In this document: piece by piece, positions 40,197-48,398 of the stretch
Layout of the letters: every line of letters starts with the position of its first letter
Numbering within the stretch: position 1 is the stretch's first letter
Made by a program: the position numbers and the translations under genes
Assembly: GCA_965249485.1 (NCBI GenBank)
Contig: OZ252239.1
Location: 2,848,001-2,912,000 of the forward strand
DNA from: a bacterium
Lineage (GTDB): Bacteria > SM23-31
Direction of reading: 5' to 3'
DNA: 64,000 nucleotides
The notes under the pieces: generated by a model
The model's database searches: none
What the model saw: the letters and a program-made list of their open reading frames with translations, nothing else
What the model was told of the DNA's origin: nothing

Positions 40197-40928
40197 CTAA
40201 CCAATTTTCTGCAAAAATGGAAACCATTTGTTTGCATAACTCGACAATATCGTAAAAAAGTCAAATAATATTAGAATACCGACAATGATAAGAAAAACAC
40301 CGCTCATTATCTCAATGAACCGCATATGTTTCTTAATCCGGTCAAAGATTCCGACACAATAATTGGTAGCAAGGGCTGTCAGAAAAAACGGAAGTCCCAG
40401 ACCAAGAGAATATATCGACAGGAGAAAAATACCCTGAGAGACATGTTCTTTCAAAGCGGCTATTCCAAGTATTCCTGACAGTATCGGCCCCAGACAGGGA
40501 CTCCAACCGAACGCAAAAGCCATTCCTATAAAAAAAGTGCTGACATAGCCCACTTTCTTATGCTGTTTATTAATCCTTTGCTCATACAGCAGAAATTTGA
40601 TTTTAAATAAACCGGTAAGGTGCAGTCCGAATATGATTATTATACTACCAGCAATTATTCTGATAAGAGTCATCTTCATCAGAAGAAACTTACCAACATA
40701 GGTCGCCGATGCACCCAGCAAGACAAAAACAAAAGAAAAACCGAGTATAAAAACAAGAGAACTTAAAACAACCTTTGTTTTATTTTGAGCAGAACTTTCA
40801 GAGCGAAGTTCCTCGATCGATACACCCGACATGATTGAAATATACGCGGGCACCAGCGGTAGTACACATGGGGATATGAAAGAAATTAAACCTGCAATGA
40901 ACGCAGCAATAAAAGAAATATCAGGCAT
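40197..40928 (-). CDS. ccdA: Cytochrome c biogenesis protein CcdA (DsbD TM domain)
   Basis: AG.ISF.SPCVLPLVPAY, FAFGWSPCLGP.L, YSLGLG.PF. Confidence 0.93.
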   Translation of the reverse strand: MPDISFIAAFIAGLISFISPCVLPLVPAYISIMSGVSIEELRSESSAQNKTKVVLSSLVFILGFSFVFVLLGASATYVGKFLLMKMTLIRIIAGSIIIIFGLHLTGLFKIKFLLYEQRINKQHKKVGYVSTFFIGMAFAFGWSPCLGPILSGILGIAALKEHVSQGIFLLSIYSLGLGLPFFLTALATNYCVGIFDRIKKHMRFIEIMSGVFLIIVGILILFDFFTILSSYANKWFPFLQKIG

Positions 40929-41042
40929 TCAGAAATCCTTTTTTTAACTATTACTACAACTGGTTGCTTAAACACATCCCCAATAATACAAGTTCCTGAT
41001 TTTTATCTTCAAAGGAATTTTCAACCAAGAGGATATACTGTT

Positions 41043-42104
41043 TCAGAACGGAGTATTGCGTGGATTTGTCGTAAAGGTTCCTGCAATGATTTCAAGCTGT
41101 CTGATAAGAGGCATTTTCTCATTACTTCGTTCCGGAGCATATACTGAAAGATCGATCATATATATCCTGCTTGTGGTTTCATCATAAAAAGTATAAATAC
41201 TCATAGGACCGCCAAACATTTCCTCATGGTTGACCCATATTCCCCTACACACAAGTGCCGAATAATCAGTATATGTGCCCATTTCAAATGTTGCACTGTT
41301 GAGATCCATGACTCTGCCTTCGAGTAGATTTATTCCAAGCTCCTGACGTTTTTGGATAACCCAATCCTTCGATATAAATCCGACATCGGTTGTATCTACC
41401 CAGTGAATCGTGATCATTCTGTCAGGCTGAAAGCGCCTAAAAAAAACTGTGTTACTATCTGGCCACTCTTTAAAAATATAGTCGTGCTGAATTCTGAATG
41501 TAAAACCGTATTTGTCAAACAACTCCTTTGCCAAGTCTAATTGTTCAAAATCTTCATACATTTCTAATTTTTGATAATTTTTTGACTCTTGGTCTACTAA
41601 ATGAAAAAGCTCTTCGCTATGCTCCGTCAATTTGCTCAATAACACTTGGATATTTGGTGCAGCCACAATCAGAATGTATTGATTATTAGCCCACACATCC
41701 CTTTTCTGAACATAAAGCCTCTCCAAGCTTTCCAATTCATTCCGTTCTTGTGGAGTTAAGAGTGAATTGATTATATCTCCTACTTCACTTTCGCTTTCAA
41801 ATGTGCCGACTAAAACAACAGTGTGATGTTTTTCAAATGCATGGCGTGCTTCCAATTGTGCACGTAATAATGTATACGTTACTTCCTTTTGTGGCGTGAT
41901 GATTACCCGTTCGTAAATATTTTTCACTGCATCTTTAACAACATTCCATTCATAATCATCAGCGAAAACTACAACATTTTCATATAGCCCTGTTGCCGAC
42001 GTTTTCAAAGAGCATCCTGTTAATAATAATATAATAAGTGCTATCGGCAATATTTTAAATATTACTGATTTACTAATATTATGTTTAATGCTTTCTAAAA
42101 ACAA
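41043..42104 (-). CDS. DUF4837-like lipoprotein
   Basis: Lipobox LLTGC; PQ.E..Y, D.WA..Q, RG.W....GGP, YAP..K...RQLE. TTG start at 42104 after GGAGG. Confidence 0.7.
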   Translation of the reverse strand: MFLESIKHNISKSVIFKILPIALIILLLTGCSLKTSATGLYENVVVFADDYEWNVVKDAVKNIYERVIITPQKEVTYTLLRAQLEARHAFEKHHTVVLVGTFESESEVGDIINSLLTPQERNELESLERLYVQKRDVWANNQYILIVAAPNIQVLLSKLTEHSEELFHLVDQESKNYQKLEMYEDFEQLDLAKELFDKYGFTFRIQHDYIFKEWPDSNTVFFRRFQPDRMITIHWVDTTDVGFISKDWVIQKRQELGINLLEGRVMDLNSATFEMGTYTDYSALVCRGIWVNHEEMFGGPMSIYTFYDETTSRIYMIDLSVYAPERSNEKMPLIRQLEIIAGTFTTNPRNTPF

Positions 42105-43056
42105 AGGCGAGTCCTCCCGGTAAACTGCATAAAATTGCAACAATATATGCCATCCCTTCAAAGAGCACAGCATCTTCTCCGACTACACCCGCAAACACAA
42201 ATAGCTCTGCTGCTGACCATTCACGCATTCCAATGCCACCAAATGATAGCGGCAGTGAAATGACCAGAGTAATAATCGGTATAAACATGAAAAAATATGC
42301 TAAGTTAATGGAAACACCGATAGATTGTGCCAGGCAGTAATGGGTTGTTACCCGGGCAGTCTGGACACAGAGCGATAGAATGAATATTTTTCCAAGCAGA
42401 GATGGATGTTTTCCAAAATAATTCAAAGAATTGTAGATCTCACGCAGAGTTCCCTGCACACGTTTAGGCGTTATTTTCATACCAAATGATTCAAACCGTT
42501 TGGCGAACGGTTTATTAAAGAGAAACAAAATTGTCAAGAGCATCACAACAAAAATTGCGGAAATTGTCCACAATACAAAAAGAGAACGCATTTTACCAAG
42601 GAGATACAATATTCCAATCACGGCTATTGTAGTCAATGTTATAAATCCGACAAACCGGTCCATCAATACGGTCGATATGGCTTTTGAATTTTTACCGGAT
42701 GTTTTCTTAATATCGTACATACGAACAATATCCCCACCAATAAAACTCAAAAGAAAATTATTAAAAAACAAACCGGTAAAATAGTAAGCAAATACGCTTT
42801 TCAATGGCAGGTGAATATCGAGATGCTTTAAGATGGTATTCCACTGAAACGTTCCGAAAATATTACTGATAATCATAAATAAAACAGCAGACAATACCCA
42901 GTTTTCATTAACATTGAGAAATGTCTTGTATATTGCATCTGCGTTATACTTGTTGAGAAGAAATAGTATTAGCAGAATGCTTATCAGTAATTTAATGATG
43001 GTGCCGAAATGCTTTTTCACCACTAGTTCCGGTGTTATATTATTGTGTTGAATCAA
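42085..43056 (-). CDS. Lysylphosphatidylglycerol synthase TM / UPF0104 flippase-like membrane protein
   Basis: GLFFNNFL...IGGD..R, DRFVG, LP.SFGG.G.RE. Confidence 0.85.
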   Translation of the reverse strand: MIQHNNITPELVVKKHFGTIIKLLISILLILFLLNKYNADAIYKTFLNVNENWVLSAVLFMIISNIFGTFQWNTILKHLDIHLPLKSVFAYYFTGLFFNNFLLSFIGGDIVRMYDIKKTSGKNSKAISTVLMDRFVGFITLTTIAVIGILYLLGKMRSLFVLWTISAIFVVMLLTILFLFNKPFAKRFESFGMKITPKRVQGTLREIYNSLNYFGKHPSLLGKIFILSLCVQTARVTTHYCLAQSIGVSINLAYFFMFIPIITLVISLPLSFGGIGMREWSAAELFVFAGVVGEDAVLFEGMAYIVAILCSLPGGLAFVFRKH

Positions 43057-45688
43057 TTTCAGATCGAAGCTGCTCTAAGTTTAACAAGAGTGATTGTGCA
43101 TTTGAATCATTCGGATATTGTTCCAACCACTTATTTAAATACAAAGCAGCATCTGAGTAGTTATTCTCCTGACGGAAAATTGAAATCAGAAGTGAATATG
43201 CTTCAGACTCAAATGGGGTTGCTTGAAGATAATCAATAAGCAATGCAGCAGATTTTTTATAGTCTTTCAGAAATTGAGCATAAAATCGAGCAACATCTTT
43301 CTTTTTGGGAAAACTTCCCGGATCTTCCTCAAGAATATGCTCAAGAATTCCGCTTACTTTTTCAAATTCTTTATTACTAAAATAAAGTTGGGCAATCTGT
43401 AGTCTGGTATTGTGATCTGGAAATGGTATTACATCTGCAGGAATTCGCTCTTCCATAGCATCAATTACGCGCGCAGCATCTGAAGTCATTGAGTTTGTCG
43501 AGTAGAAATTTGCCACATTCAAAAAAGCAACCCGAAGATTTTGCATCATATCGCTTTGTGTCCGGTCATAATAGATATCAGAATCATTAATTCCTCTATA
43601 CTTGAACGTGTCAATGAGTCGCGATTCAAGAGTATGTACTGCTAGATTTCTATTGCTAAATGGAACGAGTTTAAATGATAATCCGTCTGTTCTGAGGTAG
43701 TTCTGCAATCCTATTTTGTTGCTTTCCGATACGGTCATCGCAATGTAAACTGGTCGTTTCCAACCATTTGCCCGGATGATATGTTCTACCATAAAATCCT
43801 GAACACGGATCCCATCAGACCCTCCAGCTGATAATGTTGGAGCCATGGTAAAGTTGATTTCAAAATCCGAAGTAACTTCACGTAACTGAAATTTTTCATG
43901 TACGTCCCGGATATATTCGTTATATACTGCCGCAGAAACAGGCATAGATTTTTCTGTTTCATTCCAGGCAAACGGAGCTATTTTTTCAATATCATTGTCT
44001 GAAAGAGAAACCGGTACGGCAGGATCACCATATTTCAACTGTTTTATATACCAATTTGTGTTGAGCAGACTCAAATTAACCACATTGACATCTTTTCGGA
44101 CACTTTCAACTTCCTGCAGATACCAGAGTGGAAATGTATCATTATCACCGTTTGTAAATATTATTCCATCCTGATCGCAGGATTGCAATATATTATATGC
44201 ATAATCCCAAGCCATAAAATTGCCGCGTCTATCGTGTGAGCTAAGATTATGATTGAACTCTAGTGCGGGTCCAACAGCAAAGCATACTGCAATTACTCCA
44301 ATTACCGCTGGTTTCTGCAGGGGCTTATTATTCTTACAATAATCTCCAACTTTCGCAATAATGCCAGAAAATCCTATGCCGATCCAGATCGCAAACGCAC
44401 AAAAACTTCCAATATAGACATAATCACGTTCGCGCGGCTGGGGATCAGGCTGGTTTAGATACAAAACAATTGCTACTCCTGTGAAAATAAATAAAGCTAG
44501 AATAGCTAATGCTCTTTTGGGATCATTTTTAAAATGGTACCACATACCGGTAATTCCGAGAACAAACGGCAAATAGTAAAGGCCTCTCGGGCTGAATGTC
44601 TCGAGAATATACCTGTCAGGACCGAGTGTTGTCCCCTGTCCTATGAAATTCCACGCAAAATAACGAAGATACATTTTTTTGATCTGATAGAGCCATAGTG
44701 GTGCTTTGCGCTGAAATATTGTTGTAAAAAGGCTCTCCGTCCCATACTGCTCTCTGTTCAAGTAGCTTAAAAACCGCTCCAAATTAGACGGATCGTTTTC
44801 ATTAATTACCGGACCGAGTCCCGCACGTAAATAGATCATGATATACGTTGTCCATCCGATACATAATAGTACTATAACAATGGACCAAAGTTTAAAGTCA
44901 AGCTGAATAATATTTTTTAGAAATACATAGGTTATGATGAATATAATTGCATAAAGCCACATAAGCGAATTGGGAAATTCTGCGCTGAATCCGAACACTC
45001 GCAAAAGCAGAGGCCAGATAAAATAGACTGCGAAGATTAATGTCATTCCTAATAGAACAATATTAAATGCAAGGTTCCGCTTATAATAAAACACAAGCAT
45101 AAGAATCGTTGGGAAAGCGAGTACATTGAGCAAGTGAACACCAACCGATAGCCCGATCAGATATATACTTGCCAGAAAATACTTGAGTGAAGATGCATCC
45201 TCTTTGTGCTCCATCCATTTCAAAGCAAGCCAAAGTGTCAGCACAGTGAACAGAATACTCGGAGCATATACTTCCGCTTCTACTGCATTGAACCAGAGAG
45301 TGTCGGTAAAAGCAAAGGTCAACGCACCGAGAATTCCTCCTCCATAAATCGATATTTTATCACACCACGAATGCGGTATTCCCTTAAATTCCTGTAATAA
45401 ACTGACAATAATCAGATAAAGAATCATAACTGAAAATGCAGTAGACAAGGCTGATATTGTGTTCACTCTGAAGGCATCGTCTGCACCAAAAGGGAACATG
45501 CTGAAAATTTTCCCGACCATGAGATACAACGGAGCTCCTGGAGGATGCGGAACACCCATCGTTACTGCACATGTGATAAACTCTCCGCAGTCCCAGAGAG
45601 AAACCGTTGGTGAGAGCGTTATGAAATAGACTATAAACGAGACAAAAAAGGTAAAAAATGCCCCGATTTTGTGTCCAATCTGATTCAT
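43040..45688 (-). CDS. DUF2723 membrane protein (GT-C fold, TMEM260-like glycosyltransferase) with C-terminal TPR-like region
   Basis: TLSPTVS.WDCGEFI, VPHPPGAP, W.NAVEAEVY, PRERDY.Y, FTNGDNDTFPLWY.Q.VE. Confidence 0.85.
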   Translation of the reverse strand: MNQIGHKIGAFFTFFVSFIVYFITLSPTVSLWDCGEFITCAVTMGVPHPPGAPLYLMVGKIFSMFPFGADDAFRVNTISALSTAFSVMILYLIIVSLLQEFKGIPHSWCDKISIYGGGILGALTFAFTDTLWFNAVEAEVYAPSILFTVLTLWLALKWMEHKEDASSLKYFLASIYLIGLSVGVHLLNVLAFPTILMLVFYYKRNLAFNIVLLGMTLIFAVYFIWPLLLRVFGFSAEFPNSLMWLYAIIFIITYVFLKNIIQLDFKLWSIVIVLLCIGWTTYIMIYLRAGLGPVINENDPSNLERFLSYLNREQYGTESLFTTIFQRKAPLWLYQIKKMYLRYFAWNFIGQGTTLGPDRYILETFSPRGLYYLPFVLGITGMWYHFKNDPKRALAILALFIFTGVAIVLYLNQPDPQPRERDYVYIGSFCAFAIWIGIGFSGIIAKVGDYCKNNKPLQKPAVIGVIAVCFAVGPALEFNHNLSSHDRRGNFMAWDYAYNILQSCDQDGIIFTNGDNDTFPLWYLQEVESVRKDVNVVNLSLLNTNWYIKQLKYGDPAVPVSLSDNDIEKIAPFAWNETEKSMPVSAAVYNEYIRDVHEKFQLREVTSDFEINFTMAPTLSAGGSDGIRVQDFMVEHIIRANGWKRPVYIAMTVSESNKIGLQNYLRTDGLSFKLVPFSNRNLAVHTLESRLIDTFKYRGINDSDIYYDRTQSDMMQNLRVAFLNVANFYSTNSMTSDAARVIDAMEERIPADVIPFPDHNTRLQIAQLYFSNKEFEKVSGILEHILEEDPGSFPKKKDVARFYAQFLKDYKKSAALLIDYLQATPFESEAYSLLISIFRQENNYSDAALYLNKWLEQYPNDSNAQSLLLNLEQLRSEIDSTQ

Positions 45689-46455
45689 TTTTTTTGACCG
45701 ATTATACCTATTGTCAAGAAAGTATAAAGTGATAATTTTCGTTTTAGTAAATATGTTTTACAGGACCTGCGGACTACGCCGAGCACGGGAATTGCTTTTG
45801 GATACATTGGAAGGTTGACACCTGCCGGTTTTGCTGCTTCACGAACCATTCTATAGAATAGTGATGGGTTCATCCAGTCACCGTATTCGCGCTTTATTAT
45901 TAAACTGTTCTTTTTGAATAATTTCCGGAGCGCCCCAATCGAGAATTCAGTTTCCCAACCAGCAAACCATTTATCAAATATAATAAGAACATGTTTTATA
46001 AGTGTATAAACATGGAATTTTTGAGGTACATCGACAAGAAGATATCCCCCCTTTTTGAGTACCCGAATGTTCTCTCGGAGCAATAGTTGAGGATCGTGAA
46101 AATGCTCCAACAATCCTTGATGAAACACAATATCAAAACTTTCATCATCGAAGGGCAATATTAAACCGTCACCACGCACTAAATTCAGGGCTGATTCGGA
46201 GTGTTTCAGAGCCTGCTGTACTCTCAACAAGGCATTGTCTGCATAATCAAGCACCGTCACATTGGCATTATTTTCACTTAACTTAATGCTGTCACGGCCA
46301 GTTCCCGCCCCAACCTCAAGCACACGAAGCCCCTGCACATCAACAGATTCAAGTAAATTATGTATGATACTATCAGAGGTGGGATAAATCTCCTCAACAC
46401 TTCTGTCTCGACTCCAAAAATTTTCCCAATCTGCTTTTGTCGAATTTTTAGCCAT
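45685..46455 (-). CDS. Class I SAM-dependent methyltransferase
   Basis: VLEVGAGTG, LPF.D.SFD, GLLEHF, RVLK.GG. Confidence 0.9.
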   Translation of the reverse strand: MAKNSTKADWENFWSRDRSVEEIYPTSDSIIHNLLESVDVQGLRVLEVGAGTGRDSIKLSENNANVTVLDYADNALLRVQQALKHSESALNLVRGDGLILPFDDESFDIVFHQGLLEHFHDPQLLLRENIRVLKKGGYLLVDVPQKFHVYTLIKHVLIIFDKWFAGWETEFSIGALRKLFKKNSLIIKREYGDWMNPSLFYRMVREAAKPAGVNLPMYPKAIPVLGVVRRSCKTYLLKRKLSLYTFLTIGIIGQKK

Positions 46456-46501
46456 AGAAGCCGGTTACCACCATCATTATCGTTGATATTAAAAACTGTT
46501 G

Positions 46502-46530
46502 AATATAGGAATTTTTTGTCGGTTACGCAA
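46502..46530 (-). promoter_or_regulatory. sigma70-type promoter TTGCGT-N17-TATATT upstream of the methyltransferase
   Basis: Read directly from sequence; 17-nt spacer. Confidence 0.55.
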
Positions 46531-46654
46531 TGAAAAGCACATGCTCCATAATAAAACGCTCCTCATCTTAAATGAGTTCAAATAACCACTTTTCACTTTA
46601 CCAATTTGGTGAATTTTGTGGAGCCGAAAATAGAATACAAATAGTTATGTAATC

Positions 46655-46960
46655 TTAATCGTCGGCGTTTTGGAGGGCATTGTTGAGAATTCTGCCAGGT
46701 TTAAAAAATGTTTTTCTGTGGGGTTGTACAAATATAATTTCATTTGTACGGGGATTTCGTGCTTTTGGCTTTGCTTTTGCCTTTTTTATCCCCAACACTC
46801 CAAATCCCCGTATTTCAACTCTGACTTCGGGATTGGCGTCCTTGAGGAATTCAGTTAAGGTCTTAAATACACCATCAACTATTGCGGCAACCTTATCTTT
46901 ATTAAGACCGGTGCTATCAGCAACGACACGGACTATGTCCTTTTTTACGACCGTTTCTAT
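46655..46960 (-). CDS. HU/IHF-family DNA-binding protein (101 aa; no canonical start codon, probable ATA start)
   Basis: (M)ETVVKKDIVRVVA...ANPEVRVEIRGFGVL...KPKARNPRTNEIIFV...KTFFKPG; missed by the ORF track. Confidence 0.88.
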   Translation of the reverse strand: METVVKKDIVRVVADSTGLNKDKVAAIVDGVFKTLTEFLKDANPEVRVEIRGFGVLGIKKAKAKPKARNPRTNEIIFVQPHRKTFFKPGRILNNALQNADD

Positions 46961-47040
46961 TATGTCCTCGCTTCAACTCAATTGGGAATATAATATAATA
47001 GTGTTGAAATTAAATATTTTTAATTACTTATGTTAATGTG

Positions 47041-47069
47041 AATATAATAAATAATTTACTGCTTGTCAC
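47041..47069 (-). promoter_or_regulatory. sigma70-type promoter GTGACA-N17-TATATT upstream of the HU/IHF gene
   Basis: Read directly from sequence; 17-nt spacer. Confidence 0.55.
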
Positions 47070-47308
47070 GTATTTTTTTTAAAATAATATTAGAAATTCG
47101 AACATTTTAACTGATTTATTGTCATTTAAATACACTATCACACAAAATAGGAAAATATTACCTACAGCACCAGACGCTTCTTCCATTACTTTCCTTGTTA
47201 TGGTCCTATTGCCAAGTGATTCAAAAAAAAATAATTACATCTAATACGAATCTCATGTTGTTGTTATTATACCACTTACATTCAATAAAGAAATCTGTAA
47301 TATATTTA

Positions 47309-47324
47309 TGGCACGCTAATTGCT
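47309..47324 (+). promoter_or_regulatory. sigma54 (-24/-12) promoter of flagellin
   Basis: TGGCAC-GCTAA-TTGCT, a perfect TGGCAC-N5-TTGCW match. Confidence 0.85.
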
Positions 47325-47435
47325 AAGTTAGCTATGCGGTTACTCGTATTAAGATGAATTTGAAAATTTTAAAAAACAAATAATATTAATGAGGAAAATG
47401 CTGGTCAACTCTTGGCTAGTTAAAGGAGGTATCAA

Positions 47436-48281
47436 ATGGCATTAGGAGATGCGACCCGAATAAACACTAATATTGCGGCGTTTAATGCGCTTGCTGCATT
47501 GAAGCGGGTAAACGTTGATCTTGAAAAACGGCAGCTAAAACTTGCAACGGGTCTCAGAATTAATGAAGTTTCCGATGATCCGGCAAACTTTGTTATAACA
47601 CGTCGTTTGGATGCCCGAATTCGGGGATTTGGTGCTGCGCTTGATAATGTGGGTACGACAAAAAACGTCCTTTCTATCGCCGAGGGTGGTCTCATTAATA
47701 TAAGCAACATTCTCATCGGCATGAAAGAAAAGCTGATTCAGGCTGCAAATGATACACTTGGCACAAGTGAAAGAAGCGCTATCAGAGCTGAAATATTGCA
47801 GTTTACCGAAGAAATCAACGACATTGTTGAAGAAACCCAGTTTAATAAAAACATTCTCTTAGACGGCACATATGTTAACAAATCGTTCCAGACCGGTGAA
47901 GGAAGTACTGATACACTATTTTTCAGCATTGACACTAATAGTAATGCAACCGGACTCGGCATTCAATCTGGTAATGTTGCAAATAAAGTTTTTAGTGCTG
48001 CAAGCGCTGCGGAAGCACAAGATGCGGTTGATAGTGCAATTGACACCATATCCTCTACATTGCAGAATATCGGTGCTAATATTGCACGAATGACCGTTAA
48101 GGAGGCTACGCTCCGGATCGGAATCACAAATACTGAGGCAGCAAAGAGTAGAATTCTCGATGCCGATATTGCACGGGAGCAGGTCGAATCGACCAGGCTT
48201 CAGATATTGCAGCAGACAGCAACAGCACAACTGGCACAATCAAATATTGCGCCACAAAACGTACTGGCGTTATTCCAATAA
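47436..48281 (+). CDS. fliC: Flagellin (short, essentially D0/D1 only)
   Basis: RINTNI, LATGLRIN...DDPA, ET.FN...LLDG, SRI.DAD.A.E, QILQQ...A.LAQ.N..PQ.VL.L; AAGGAGGT RBS. Confidence 0.95.
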   Translation: MALGDATRINTNIAAFNALAALKRVNVDLEKRQLKLATGLRINEVSDDPANFVITRRLDARIRGFGAALDNVGTTKNVLSIAEGGLINISNILIGMKEKLIQAANDTLGTSERSAIRAEILQFTEEINDIVEETQFNKNILLDGTYVNKSFQTGEGSTDTLFFSIDTNSNATGLGIQSGNVANKVFSAASAAEAQDAVDSAIDTISSTLQNIGANIARMTVKEATLRIGITNTEAAKSRILDADIAREQVESTRLQILQQTATAQLAQSNIAPQNVLALFQ

Positions 48282-48309
48282 GATATCATCTTTCCTCCTT
48301 CAATACGGT

Positions 48310-48342
48310 AAAAAGGGACGGGCATTATGGCCGTCCCTTTTT
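48310..48342. terminator. Bidirectional intrinsic terminator between convergent fliC and cyclase genes
   Basis: AAAAAGGGACGG...CCGTCCCTTTTT inverted repeat flanked by A and T runs. Confidence 0.85.
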
Positions 48343-48398
48343 ATTAATACCACAACTTCAGTTCTATTACAAATCTATTATTATCAGGTGAAGATTAT

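Noticed and set aside
42070..42104. Possible second non-canonical (ATT/ATA) start for the DUF4837-like lipoprotein
   Set aside because: An in-frame TTG at 42104 with GGAGG 8 nt upstream explains initiation
43040..48281. DUF2723 locus as a flagellin glycosylation island
   Set aside because: GT-C enzymes act outside the cytoplasmic membrane, whereas flagellin is modified in the cytoplasm and bypasses the periplasm; only proximity links them
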